From NCBI GenBank assembly GCA_964016885.1, contig OZ024742.1, positions 112,220,001 to 112,284,000 of the forward strand: a stretch of DNA of 64,000 nucleotides. The letters are read 5' to 3'. The stretch comes from Eledone cirrhosa. Its lineage: Eukaryota. A model generated the notes under the pieces. The model did not search any database. It was not told the DNA's origin and worked only from the letters and a program-made list of their open reading frames with translations. Position numbers and translations under genes: made by a program. Shown piece after piece: positions 13,321 to 27,876 of this stretch; the stretch's first letter is position 1; each line of letters begins with the position of its first letter.

Positions 13321-15906
13321 TATTTTGAATCCGGAAAAGTTGAAGTTAAAATAAGTTCTTAGCTACTTAATCGTTCTACTCTATATTTTGGTGAAATTAA
13401 TACGATAAATTGTACAACTTGAGTTGTACAAATGTTGTCGACCTTACTGCTGTTGTTTGGCTGTACACTGAGTGACGGTAAGACTATGGGGAGTAGGTTC
13501 CTCCTGTTAACATATCCCAATTTTCTGTTAGTAGAAACACATTTTAATGTCTCTTAAATTTAATGTGTATGACTTACGTAAGGCTTGATCGATATAAATA
13601 TGTTAGGCGTAATGTCAGCGCACATATTTAACCAACGACGTATGAGTCAACTTTTGCATAGATTGTGAATAACAGACTTACATAACAGAAATTCCATTTG
13701 GAATTAAGTAAGGATACTCATTATTAACAAGAATGGAGATACCAAAGTTGCGATTAATGAAACACGAATACGAAATTTTGTTCTCAATTCGATGCTACAT
13801 CATGAGGCGCCATTGATTTACCCTGTAAAAATCTATGGACATATTTTTTGTAGCCAAACACAATCACTACTGATTTATGTTGACATGAAAGTTGACCAAA
13901 TATTAACAGCAAATTAAAAAAAGTAAAAAACAGAGAAAGTTAACTAATTTGTAATTTTATATACATACGCGCGCATGCACTTATGCACATGTATACACAC
14001 ACACATGCATCCCCACCCCACACGCACATACAAACCCATATAAAGATGTCTGAAATTAACTAAATTGCCACAGCAAGGTAATCTATGTTAGTTATACATC
14101 AACATCATACCTGCTTCAATAGAGGCTCCTATTCTGAATTACGCTGCGTTATTGGCGCTGTAAATTAATATTAGCCCTTCAAACCCTGCATTATACTCAA
14201 ATACATCATCATTATATGTGTTGTATTTGTAACATCTATATGCATGTTTCAATAGTATCCGCACTATAGTACCGAGTGGTAGACGTCAGTGATTATGGAT
14301 TAATGATCCTGAAATTAAAGTACTCACAACATTTCTGACGGGGCTAATACATGATGTATCTCGAGTCTGGCATCACTCGATCTTATTAGAAACCTAATTA
14401 TCGTATTGTGTAAAAAAGAACACAAAAATAACAAAAAATAAACACAGAAAACATCTACAGCACAGGTTACCATACAATAATCTCACTGTTTTACTTGTAA
14501 AACTTTCTAGTTTGCAAACAGTTTCTTTGGCAAATTATTAGTGTAGTATTTTGTAACATATCGTTTTGGACTCACTTGCAGGACTCTTTCTACATTCAGT
14601 CGTTTAATGATCTCCGTAGATATAAAATGACTTTGTGGTTAACAATTAATCAATTTGAGATGATTGCCTAAGGCAGGGGTCGGTAAGTATTTTGGATCGG
14701 GGGTCAACATTGAGCGGGTCATGAACAGCAGAGGACCGCACCATTTATTATGGGATATAGGCCCTAAGATACTATGTACATAATCCACACTCATCCCTGT
14801 ATCCTTCGGAGCACAAACATTATGACATATTGAAGCATAGTTGGAACACAAATGCTTTTGAACTGCCAACACCACAGCGACTCGTCATATGTAATGTGGA
14901 AATTCCCCCACTTAATTATGATGAGTGCATTTTTAAGGAAAGAAGTGAGTCATAATATTTGACAATCATGGGGTATATTTCATTGCCATCACTCTGTACT
15001 TGCGCAAATGGCAACCCCTCCAGATTGGCCAGGGGTATGAATTCAACCATTCTCAAAACGTGATACAATGCTATATATTAATTCTATCTATTTAGTAAGG
15101 TGATAAAAATGACACAATTTTTAATCAGTTGCAGTTTATGGGCAGATTCCAACGATCAGCAAACAATTCTTTAAACCATTAGCCGTATCAAAGCGATCAA
15201 TTTATATTACCCATAAAACAACAATCATGGAATCACTTTCACTGGTAGATTCAGCTGTGACTGGGAGCTTCCAGCCGTTATGTTTTCAATAAATTGCTTA
15301 TAAAGGATTTTAAATACTTCGTTAAGAAGAAGCCTGCTTATATATTTAGCAAATAAAAACATTGCACCATATTATCTTTTTGCGCACGCCAAATGTCATG
15401 ACCAAACCTATTTGAGTTGTTGTAATATGAAAAAATACTACATTTTGTTCTTTCCTGCTATGAAACATAGCAGGAAAGACATGGATTGACGGAAATGCCA
15501 CTATGTATTCATAGGTGAAATATACGTAACAGAGATTTAAAGACACTGCAGAAACTCGTGTAGAATATTTGAGTGATATAAAAGACATAATTTGCTTGAC
15601 AGTATATTAGAAATTAGTGGGATAAAAGAGCTGTGCCCATAATCGGGAGGATAGATAGTTTAACGAAACAACTATCCTGGAAGTCATTGGGATGTATGAA
15701 GTATATTGAAGCTAGAACTTAACTTATATTCTCTTAGATATATGGGCGTATGATGTGTCTCTACCTCGTTACAATTTTTTAACGATAGAATTAAAGGCAC
15801 ATTAATAATTTAAATCGCTATATATTGCTCAGAATTAGAATATATTATGGCAGCATGAAATTGATCCTAGCTAGAATAATCTAATAAAAGATAATCATAG
15901 GGAATT

Positions 15907-16045
15907 CGTTAATATCAACACAGGTGATGCTTCGTCGCCCAGTATATCACATCGTTGATATTAACACAAGTGATTGTCCGTCGCCCAGTTTATCAATTCG
16001 TTAACGTTAACACATGTGATTTTCCGTCGCCCAATTTATCACTTC
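15907..16045. repeat. ~46-bp minisatellite, 3 copies
   Basis: TCGTT(A/G)A..AACACA.GTGAT...CGTCGCCCA.T.TATCA repeated three times. Confidence 0.85.
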
Positions 16046-16905
16046 AACTAATTACGAATCATTTTTGACTCGTCATTTTTGACTCGTGCATGTTAGCCTG
16101 CATTTAACTATACGAATAAAATATCTCTAGGAAAAAAGTTTTATTTTCATTAAATTAATTTGCCTTTTTCACACAAACAATATATTCATTAGTCCTAATT
16201 TGTTCGTGGCAACCATTACAGTGTTCCACGCTTCACTGATGAGTTGGAATACATTTGACACATATCTGGAACTGTCACCATATCGGTTGAAGATATAATT
16301 CAATCCCTACCGGCATATTACAATTAAAATGAATTAGCACTAATGGATATTATTCTCATTATGTGTATAATATCAATTAATTAAAACCTCTTTTCGTCAC
16401 AAGACTTAACATATGGGAGACAGCATTTGGCTCAGTCTGTCACCTACCCAGAATCTTCTTTCAATTTGACACACGCCCACGTACACACAAACTGACAGAC
16501 AAACAGAGTGACAGACGGACAGATAGCTACCCCCTTCCCACATATATATATATATATATATATACATACGTAGACGAAGCCAATCATGTCTGAGTATGGC
16601 CCCTATTTAGAACAAATAGAACAACAACAAAAAAACACACTTTGGCAGAAATCTTTCATCAATATTACACCCGCTGATTTTACCTCAGATGGATCACAAA
16701 ACCTGGTGGTAACGTATATGTCATTCCACTCAGAGTGCACGTACTTTTCCTGTCTGCTTGTGTTTGATTGGCGCGAAATGCTTTGTGGTTCCGTGTTAGC
16801 ATACATGCAGAATGAGACACATTGAAAAATCAGAGTCCAGGTAAAACTTGAACCGTTAAGATCTCGTTCCTGGATAAGTCAATATTTATAAAACAAACTT
16901 TGTAT

Positions 16906-16978
16906 TTTATCAGATGAGTGTGTACCAAAGTTTTGGTACCCTCGAAATATATATAATAGAATAATATGGTTTCATAAA
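16906..16978 (+). ncRNA. Hammerhead-like motif, family D (CAGAUGA core in this copy)
   Basis: TTTAT-CAGATGA-G..GTACCAA(AGTT)TTGGTAC..C-GAAA-...-TC-ATAAA; stem III irregular. Confidence 0.45.
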
Positions 16979-17007
16979 TGTAGTTTCCATTTTTTTATAT
17001 CATTGAC

Positions 17008-17059
<52 letters not shown>

Positions 17060-17064
<5 letters not shown>

Positions 17065-17793
17065 TGTCTGTCTGTCTGTGTGTGTCTGTCTGTGAGTTTG
17101 AATCGCTAAAACTCGAGAAATACCCAATCGAGTTTTTTCAAATTTTACATGTGTATTACTTATGTTTATCTCCTAGGGCCTGCATTAAGTTAGAAACTGC
17201 GTTTTAAAAGAGTTTTAGGGGCTTTTGAGGCGTTACGTCAGACCGATTTCCTTGAAATTGTAACTATGTATTAGTCAGTCTCTTCTTCATACTGTAAGCA
17301 AAGAAAATCCAACTTTCTTATAGCCTAGGGTCCGCATTAGGTGAAAGACTGCGTGTTTAAAGATGTTTAGCTGCTTTTTGAAGCGTTACGTCAGACCTAT
17401 TTCCTTGAAATTGAAACTATGTATTAGTCAGTCTCTTCATCATACTGTAAGGAAAGAAAATCTAACTTTCTTATGGCCTAGGGCCCGCATTAGGTGAAAA
17501 ACTTCATTTTTCAGCTTCTAAGGGCTTTTTGATAGCGTTACGTCTAGCCGACTTTCCCAAAATTTAAAGGCATATTATGCACATAAAAAAAAATAATTGT
17601 CTTGATCCCCTAGGTCAAAACCTGCATTTTTCCTCCTTCATCGAGGAAAATCTTAAAGATTATCCAGCCATCAGAGTATTTGGTTTATTTACTTTACATA
17701 TTGTCCAGGCATGCCGTTTTTGCACGATTAGGTCTGTTGGCGGCCCGCGTTCCAAACTACCTTATCCCGTGCAACACCATCTACCACTGCTAG
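17060..17793 (+). mobile_element. Non-autonomous Helitron, same family as 5618-6318, with internal ~150-bp tandem duplications
   Basis: 3' end CCACTG-CTAG|T at 17790-17794; extensive similarity to the reverse complement of 5618-6250; 5' end lost in (TA)n. Confidence 0.8.
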
Positions 17794-18599
17794 TATATTA
17801 TAAAAGAACAGGAGGCTGGACTGGTGTGCTTCCTTGAAATGTTTATTATACTATGATCATTACAATGACCGGGCTCAGTATGAATCCGGTGACATCATCA
17901 GGTATTTGAAATATAACAAAGGAATACAGTAGACAAAGTCCATGGGCTGAAAAATCAGAGACATCAGAGCGACCCAACTTTCTGCATTTCTACCTTGGCC
18001 GGCCGCCCTCAAGTGTTGATTATTAAGCCTCCTTATGTCCATCTGGTGAAGGGGCGTAGGCTTATCATGTACCACTACCCCTCGTCAAAGACAGAGGCTA
18101 GCGCTGAGATTAAATCCCAATCAAACTGGTCATGCATGCTAGAAAATGCCACGAAAAACATTATTTCAAAGAACATATATCTTTTCAACAAAGCTACATT
18201 AAGTAATATATAGTGGGCGTCTGCATGGTATAATGTATGGACAGAAATTACGATTAACAATTAGAAACGTTAAATTTATGTTTAGGTTTAGAAGGTCCCA
18301 ATTAAGATGGAATTAGAAAAATAATGTTTAAGTATAAAATTATGAGATTAACTCCGTACTCGCACCACCAACTATACAAACGAAGACGGGTGAATTGCAT
18401 AGCGTTGAGTGGTTTCCATAATAATACATCGAGGTTGACCATACGGAATGACCAGTTATATCCAGTGGTAAACAAACAAACCTAATATATATATATATAA
18501 ATGAATAGTATATATATATATATATAAAGAAAAAAGAGATGAAATCGAAAATGCAACTGGAGTCGTATTTTTTTTAAAAATATACATGTTTATTCGGTT

Positions 18600-18637
18600 C
18601 CTTTACCGGTTTCGCAGTTCTTCTGCTTTTCAAAAGG
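18600..18637 (-). ncRNA. Family A hammerhead, intact copy (within pseudo-LTR fragment 18525-18670)
   Basis: Identical to the 219-256 motif. Confidence 0.8.
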
Positions 18638-18666
18638 TGAGTTGAGATGGAGGGTCTGTCGTTTTT

Positions 18667-19669
<1,003 letters not shown>

Positions 19670-19784
19670 CTTTTTCTATCACCCACTCTGTCTTCTGCTC
19701 GTACCACGTCTAAGAATGTGATACATTGTTTAGTTTACATAGATGCCTGTGAATCATTTTTACTATCATATCCTGTCGCTACTC

Positions 19785-19840
<56 letters not shown>

Positions 19841-19842
<2 letters not shown>

Positions 19843-22800
19843 GATTCTTTGAGTCTCAGTCATTGATGTTATTTACATGGAAAGTTTGTTGTAATGAATA
19901 TCAAGATACTACATGCAGCCTCAGATATTCAGGACGTATCGGAGGGTTCTTGCTGCTCCCAGCAAGTATGCCTTTTGAAGTGTTCCAAAAGCGCGGTGGG
20001 ACCAATTTTCTTTAACCATCCTTGGAAACTATTTGAGATAGTACCTAATGCGCCTATGACAATCTTGACCACTTTGACCTCATGGAAGTTCCAAATCCTT
20101 TTTACCTCCCACTTTAAGTCCTGGCATCGGTTAATTTTCTCCCTCTCCTTCTCTTGCACTCTCGTGTCGAATGGGCAGGCTACATCCACAATCAGGCGCG
20201 ATATTTTTCCCTTATCCAAAACCATCATGTCAGGTCTATTGTATTCCGGTTTCTTGTCCGTCTGTATCCTAAAATCCCACAGCACCTTCACCTGATCGTT
20301 TTCCATCACCGACTCTGGCTTATGCTCATACGACTTCTCAGATTGTCGTAAATTGTTTAATTTGCATAGGGTCATGTGGATCACCCTGCCCATCACATCA
20401 TGTCTCTAGTCTTTATAATGAGTCTGGGCTAGGTGTTTACACTCGGATACCATGTGAGCCACAGTCTCCTCTCTCTCTCCACAGATCCTACACAGTGGGC
20501 TAGCCTCCTCCTTGTAAATATTGTTTTTCAGCCACTTCGTTTTGAGGGCCTGCTCTTGCGCAGCCATTATCATTCCTTCTGTAGCCTTTTTAAGGTCTCC
20601 TCTTTTCAACCAGTTCCATGTCTGTGGATTTCTAAATTCATTTTTCTCAAAGAAGGCAATATGAAGGGATTTGTCATGAAGGTTGCTCTTTCTCGTTGTT
20701 GTTATTTCCTCCTTGGACACACCCTGGTCTATTGTCCTCTCCTTCAGTACAATTCTGAGCATTGGTACCCTACTATCAGTCACGTATTTGTTTTTCTCCA
20801 TCTGAACACAGTCCTCTATGCTGATAATACCTCTTCCACCTTCATATCTCTTTAAGTAGAGTCTATCGACATTACTCCTTTGTGGAACATGTTGTAGATA
20901 GTCAATAGCTTCCTAATCGTCCTATCCATTTCTTTTCTTCAGCAACATTCCATCTCAGAATTCCCGCACTGTACATTATAATAGACACAGCTCGGTATTT
21001 TACTGCACTTATGGCATTCCTACTGTTCAGATGTGAATTTAATACGCTCCCTACTCTCCGAATGTATTCAGATCTTATCAATTCCTTCATATTCTTGTTA
21101 TTGATGTCATCAGCCTCCAGAACAACCAAATACTTGTATCCTTCTTCAGTGTCAATTTCCTTTATCATCTCACCTGTTGGCACCTGGATTCCGTTGCAGC
21201 TGCTCAATTTACCCCTCTTCATCACAAGACCTCCACATTTACTAATACCAAATTACATACATATATCATTGCTGAAAATATGGACAGTTCCAACAAGCAC
21301 ATCCAAATCCTTCACATTCTTCCCGAAGAGCTTACGATCGTCCATGAAGAGGAGGTGATTGATGGTAAACTCTCCCTTTCCCAACTTCTCCTGCTCTCAC
21401 TTTTCGCATTATAATGGTAATGAGCATCAGGGCAAGGACAAACAACAGAGGGGACAGATACCTCCCTGGAAGATACCTATCTTGATCTTCACGCCTCCCA
21501 AGGATTCTCCACCCGATGTTAACTCTGTTTTCCAGGACTTCATAATTTTGCTCAACAACTGACTGATGTTATCTGCCACCTTGAAGATCTCAAGGCTTTT
21601 GGTGATCCAAGAATGAAGCACCATGTCAAATGCCTTTTTGTAGACTATCCATCCCATGGCAAGACCAGTGTGTCTCCTCTTGCAATTCTTCATTACCATC
21701 TTATCAATAAGTAACTGGTCCTTTGTACCACGGGACTTCATTCGGCATCCTTTCTGTTCGTCCGGTAACACGTTGTTTGTGTGGAGGTGGTGGTAGATTT
21801 CCTCAGACACAATGCTTGTCAAGAGTTTCCACATTACGAACAGACATGTGATAGTTCTATAGTTGGGATGATCATTACTCTTGATTCGGTCTTTCATTAC
21901 CAGAACTGTGGTACCTTTTGTCAACCAATCTGGTACCTCACCTGACCTCAAGCAGTCATTAAACATGGTTGTCAGTTTCAGGTGGAGGGATGTTATATTT
22001 TTAATCCAATACCCCTGCACACCATCTGGGCCTGGTGATTTTCAGTTGGTTAGTTTTTTGGCCTGCCCCTTAAGAGTTTCAACTGTGATACTCAAATCAG
22101 ATTGTTGGTGTGCCTGTTCACTAATCTTATTTTTTCTGTCTCAATCCACACTGCCTGATCAGTATGTTTAACATCCTGCTCCCATATTCCTCTCCAGAAT
22201 GTCTTAGTTTGTTCCGCCTTGCTTCAGTTCCTCTATGATAATATTTAGCTTTTTCCTCCTAGTTTGGTACTTTATTTCCAGTCAATATTTAATGTCTATG
22301 TTTTTTAGTGTCCCATTCAGTAGGGACTCAAGCTTTCCAATGTCATTTCTCATTTCCTTTATTTGACCATTCAGTCGTTTCTTCCACCACGGTTCGGATC
22401 TTTCTTGTTTGTTGTTTCCTCTCGTTTTATGCCAAGTAATTTCCTCACCGCATTTGCTGTTGCTTTGAGGATATTGTTGCACTGGTGAAGGCTCCTCGCC
22501 TCAAGGTATGGGATGAGTTTGTTTACCCTAGCTGTTGTTTCTTTTAACTTTTTCCTGTCTACAAATCTTAGGTTCATAGGTTTCCCACTATCATTGTTCA
22601 TTTCATCTACCACTAAGTTTAGGATATCAACCAAACCTTGTCCTAGCCCGTCAGCATTCATCTCCTCAATGGCCGTATCATTGTTCCATGTATTATTTAT
22701 TTCAGCATTCTGATCATTGTCTGCTACGGATGGTTCCTCCGTTCTCTCAACCTCTTCACCTTCATTTCCCATTGGAACGTTTGCCTGGCATACTCCACTC

Positions 22801-23100
22801 TCCATTTCCAACCTAATCTCTCTGCTCAGTTCCTCCAGTTCCAGCTCTCTTATTACCCGAGCCTGCCCGGCCAATTTTTGTTCATCTAATTTAAATAGAC
22901 CAATCTCGTTCCAGATGTTATGCATCTGTTTATATAACATTTCTCCTTGGGGTTACTTTTCAAGTAACATTACATTACAGTTCTATTCAATTCTTTCGTC
23001 CAGTTGGTTCTGGTCCCTTTGCTTCTTCTTCTTCTTCCGACACAAGCAGTATTTGGTTGACAGCCAGCGAGTACCTGCTGGGTGAGTATCTGTCACATGA
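19841..23100 (-). mobile_element. R4/Dong-type non-LTR retrotransposon (RT, CCHC, restriction-like endonuclease), decayed
   Basis: NYRTITCL..EQKGCR..DQLLIDK..YKKAFDMV..GIFQG..LFMDD, CRICGEREETVAHMVSEC, LWDFRIQTD..RPDMM..IVDVACPFD..KINR..IGALG; 3' end abuts (TAA)n at ~19786-19840. Confidence 0.9.
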
Positions 23101-23192
23101 CATTCCAGTCTCCACTTCACCGTTATTCGAACAGTTTAGGTTCGACAATTAAACACTCTTATCGAGGATTGGTGAATGTATGGTTACATAAC

Positions 23193-23332
23193 TGTTTCTA
23201 CTTTAGGCACAAGGCCAGCAATTACCCAGTGCATTACTGGTACTTTATTTTATCGACCCCTTAAGGATGAAAGGCAAAGTCAACCTCGGCGGGATTTGAA
23301 CTCAGATCGTATAGGGACGTAACTATGCTGGA
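23193..23332 (-). mobile_element. Octopus-type tRNA-derived SINE, 5' truncated
   Basis: GAGTTCAAATCCCGCCGAGGTTGACTTTGCCTTTCATCC body; 18-bp TSD AATGTATGGTTACATAAC at 23175-23192 and 23333-23350. Confidence 0.88.
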
Positions 23333-24174
23333 AATGTATGGTTACATAACGACCGGTGATTTGATCTCCCCCGGTGATTTTAGCGTGGCACTATCACGCT
23401 GTAGACGAACATAAATAAACAAACACAAATAGGTAAAAGAAAACCAAAATAAGCATAAGTTTCATTGTAATGTAATGTTTGAATGTCTGACTTAGTTTGT
23501 TTACTTGTCTGTCTGTCTGTCTGTTTTCTTTTCTCTATGCTTTTAGTTGCTGCTGTGCTGTTTTGACTTTGATATTTGATTTTTTGATTTTTTTACCGGG
23601 TCATCAAATCAGTCTATTTATATCTTTTGATGCCTTCCTCATTTTGTGGAAATACTACGATGCCTGACTTAGCAGGAGGTAGTGGGAGAGATTAGCGGCG
23701 GTAGCGATAATGAGGCAGTGGTGGTGGTGGTGATGTCCTAGTAGTAATTAGAAGGAGGTAGTGGGAGAGAATAGCGGCGATAGCGATGATGAGGCAGTGG
23801 TGGTGGTGATGTGATCGTAGTATAGTAGTGAAGTAGAAATAGAAGTTGAGATAACTTGACTAGAGTTTTTGGCGTGGTAGTGGTGGTGTTGGTGGTGAAA
23901 TTATTTGCCTGTCTGTCCACAGCCATTTTTCTCTTTTTCTGATCCAGAATTAAATATTAAATATTGGGGCCCTATGCCGTAATGTGATGCGTTGTCGCTT
24001 GCTGAGAGGTACACTGTAATCTTATATTTCATTTGTAATAAGAATTATTCTATCACAGTTGTTTTAAATAAGTAAAAATCAAAAACTTACGGGAGCTATT
24101 CCGTAATGATATATATCCACCATATGCGTTTTCTTCCCTTCTAAAAATAATATTAATTATTATTATTATTATTG

Positions 24175-24318
24175 TTCTTTGAGTCTCAGTCATTGATGTT
24201 TTTTAACTGGAAAGTTTGTTGAAATGAATATGAAGCTACTACCTGCAGCCTCAGATATTCAGGATATATCGGAGGGTTCTTGCTGTTCCCAGCAAGCATG
24301 CCTTTTGAAGCGTTCTAA
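24175..24318 (-). mobile_element. 3'-terminal fragment of the R4/Dong element
   Basis: Matches 19845-19990; (TAT)n on both sides. Confidence 0.88.
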
Positions 24319-24359
<41 letters not shown>

Positions 24360-24369
24360 ACTCAATAAT

Positions 24370-24560
24370 AGGCGGTGGATTGTCAGTATCTGTAGAGGGT
24401 CGGACACCATGATTTGACGCATAGAGTTACGGCCCTTGTCATTCTCAGTTCAAATCCCGCCGAGGGTAACTTTGCCTTTCATCCTTACGGTGTCGATAAA
24501 ATAAGCTACCACTAATGTACTGGATAATTGCTGGCCTTGTGCCAAATGTAGAAACAATTA
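24370..24560 (+). mobile_element. Octopus-type tRNA-derived SINE, full length
   Basis: GGCGGTGGATTG head, B box GTTCAAATCC, tail GCTGGCCTTGTGCCAAATGTAGAAAC(AAT)n. Confidence 0.88.
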
Positions 24561-24657
24561 TTATTACACTGTTCTACACGTCTATACCTACTGGAAACTA
24601 TGCATCATGTGATCACTCGATGCACACACACACAGACATATATATATATATATATAC

Positions 24658-24725
<68 letters not shown>

Positions 24726-25207
24726 ATATATGTGTGTTGTGTGTGTGTGTGTAGTCGAATGAGTTGATAAATTACTATATAAATAGAAGATTATAGGTAA
24801 AACACAAACGAATTAATGTACAAGTCTCTATTTTAAAAAAATACATTTTATTAATCCGAGAGGATGAGTATATTAATAATTGTTACTTTTAAATGGTTTT
24901 AAGTTTCATGAAATATATCCTCTCTCATTTGGTATCTAGATTTTAACAAATATTAAAAATCTTTGTTTTCATATTTTGTGAGTATTTAGAATATATGAAC
25001 ATTTTTCCTCAATATCTCTTCATATATATATGCTCTTTACGAAGGTAGAGTGATGAAGATAGGAATGGGCTTTATCAGTTCAGAATTCAATTGATTCTCT
25101 ATACAATTCTATCTAAACCATATTAAAGCAAGATCTGCGGCACTGCGTACGGTTTATTTCTTTTAATCCAGTTAGTAAAATAAGTTGGATTACTATGAAT
25201 AAATAAT

Positions 25208-25388
25208 TGTTTCCACTTTTGGCACAAGGCCAGCAATTACTCAGTGCATTACTTTATTTGATCGGCCCCGTTAGGATGAAAGGCAAAGTTAACCTCGGCG
25301 GGATTTGAACTCAGCCCATAAAGGGCCGTAACTCTATTCTCAAAGCATGGTGTCCGACTCTGTACCGATACTTCCAATCCCCCGCCTT
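25208..25388 (-). mobile_element. Octopus-type SINE, full length
   Basis: Reverse complement of the 24370 family; 12-bp TSD TGAATAAATAAT at 25196-25207 and 25389-25400. Confidence 0.88.
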
Positions 25389-26154
25389 TGAATAAATAAT
25401 GAATGGATATTACATAATGTATGTACTAAATTTCGTAAACATAAATAATTTCGTAAAAATAAATAATTTAAAATTGACTTCTTTTCAAAGTCTCACTTCC
25501 GGTATATTGTCGCCACCGTTACCGCCACCATTTCAACTACCATATATATAGAATGAGAGATTGTGTGATAAGAGAGATAGAGAGATTATTATTTTCTACA
25601 CATTGAAGCGTATGAGTGTGCACATACATACATCTATATGTATGAGTATATATAACTATTATGAGTATATATCTATAATTGCGTAAACAGAAACTTATGA
25701 AAATACACTCTCACGGATATCATTCTCATAAATACACACACACACATAGATACATTCACACATATACATTTACACACAAACACACATACTATCATGAGAG
25801 CGTTCGGTGGGGTGTAAATGGTAGGGTAAAACAAGTGTAACGTTTGCTACTGACATACTCGCTGTTTGAGAAGGACTCTTGTTTGAGAAGGACTCTTCCC
25901 CCACAACCCACTCAGATATAAGTTGGTGAAGAAGAAGATATTGTCAATTTACTTTTCAATTTACTTTTCAATTTACTTTTCAATTTACATATATCTATAT
26001 GCATATATAATATGCGTATAATACTAATATGCACACTACACATGCTAGCAGAAAAACGCTTGAATTGCGGTTACTCTGCTAGTGTATTTAAACAGTAATT
26101 ATATTTTCCATTCCGAATAAAGTTTCGGATTGCAATTTGTGGTTCTGTACTACA

Positions 26155-26415
<261 letters not shown>

Positions 26416-27525
26416 ATTTTGGTGGGGTTCAGTAGTGTGATGATTTCTAGTAATATTCAAGGTTTGTTATAATAACTAATGTTTTAGAAAATAAAGAGAT
26501 TTTCCTTTTGCCTGTAGTGTGTGAGTTTGTGTGTTTGAAGGGGCTTTCTTCGTGTTAAATCTATTCTCATGATTTGCAGATACAAGTATACAAGAAGAAA
26601 GAGAAGTAAATAAATTTACAAATATAGATATAAACATAACGGAAAGAGATTCGTTGGGATGAGGTTTTTACATTTCTTAAAGAATACGTTTCTAGAATAT
26701 TTCACTTGTAAATCTTAATGCAAAAGTATTAAACGGAAAGATAAGTTTTAGAGTACAGTTTTCTTAAAAATTATGATATTTTTCTCTTTCATCTTGTGCT
26801 GCGTGTGGGAGAGATAGTGGGTACGTGATTGCACATACAGAGATATTCCTCCCCGGCTTCTCTCTCCTTCTGATTTACTCTCACTAACTGAAGGTCTATC
26901 CTCCGATAGTTCAATCATCCCCTATCTTTTTTCTCCACATCATGAATCTTATAAGATTGTGTGTACTTATTCTTTTACCTTGATATATATCTTTCCAAAA
27001 TAGATCATTGAAAATGCAAATGTTTTTGTTTTCAATTTGTTTTCCATTCCATTTCTCTCTCTCTTTTTATTTCATCTGTTATTCCTCATTCAATTTTCTG
27101 ATGTAGGACTAGTTTCCGAAAAGTTAAGACGCTTTTTCTATCAATACAAATCTAATATATTGTTTTTTTTGTACTGTGTCGTTTGCTTTATTATATCGGG
27201 ATTCTTACAAGCACGCACACAAACACATACACACTCACACACACTCTCGCTCTCTCTGGCTCTCCTCTCTCTCTCTCGCACACACACAAGCAAGCACACA
27301 AATATACATTATATTACATAAAAGACAAGGCAATCTAGAATATACATTCTCTGGTATAACAGAAACTATTTTATGTTTTTGATGGTTCGTGAAACTCCAT
27401 GTACTTTTGAATTTACATTCAAGTTTGCTAGCAGCTTTATATAATGTAATATTTAAATATTCAGAGTCCTTACTTTAATGATTAAAATACTTATTCAGGC
27501 AATCATATATATATATATATATATA

Positions 27526-27835
27526 TATAGGAACGAGTTCCTATTACCCAGTCTACTACCCTAAGTATTGAGTACTTTGGTGCGTTATGGTCCACCTGGT
27601 TCCTTACCACATTTCCTTCCTTATATATATATATATATTTATTAAATAACAGATTAAAGTTTAAGCAAAGAATCGCTGCTTTCACCCTTAACGGGATCTT
27701 CTAAAACTCCTAATATTTATCCTTATCGAGACCTCTTTGGATTTTAGTCTTCAAATTTATTATTACTATATATATATAGGAACGAGTAGGACCCCGACGG
27801 CTGAGCTCAAGCCGTTTCGACGGCTAATTCTGGAC

Positions 27836-27838
<3 letters not shown>
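27526..27838. mobile_element. Naiad pseudo-LTR end + (TA)n + family C composite, plus an extra pseudo-LTR fragment
   Basis: 27537-27621 is the reverse complement of 50641-50725; 27636-27765 is family C; 27776-27838 matches 50719-50780. Confidence 0.8.

Positions 27839-27876
<38 letters not shown>

Noticed and set aside
14674-14760. CAGGGGTCGG hAT-like terminus
   Set aside because: No matching opposite end or TSD found.
15907-16045. CRISPR-like periodicity
   Set aside because: Whole units repeat with no unique spacers; eukaryotic context with no cas genes.
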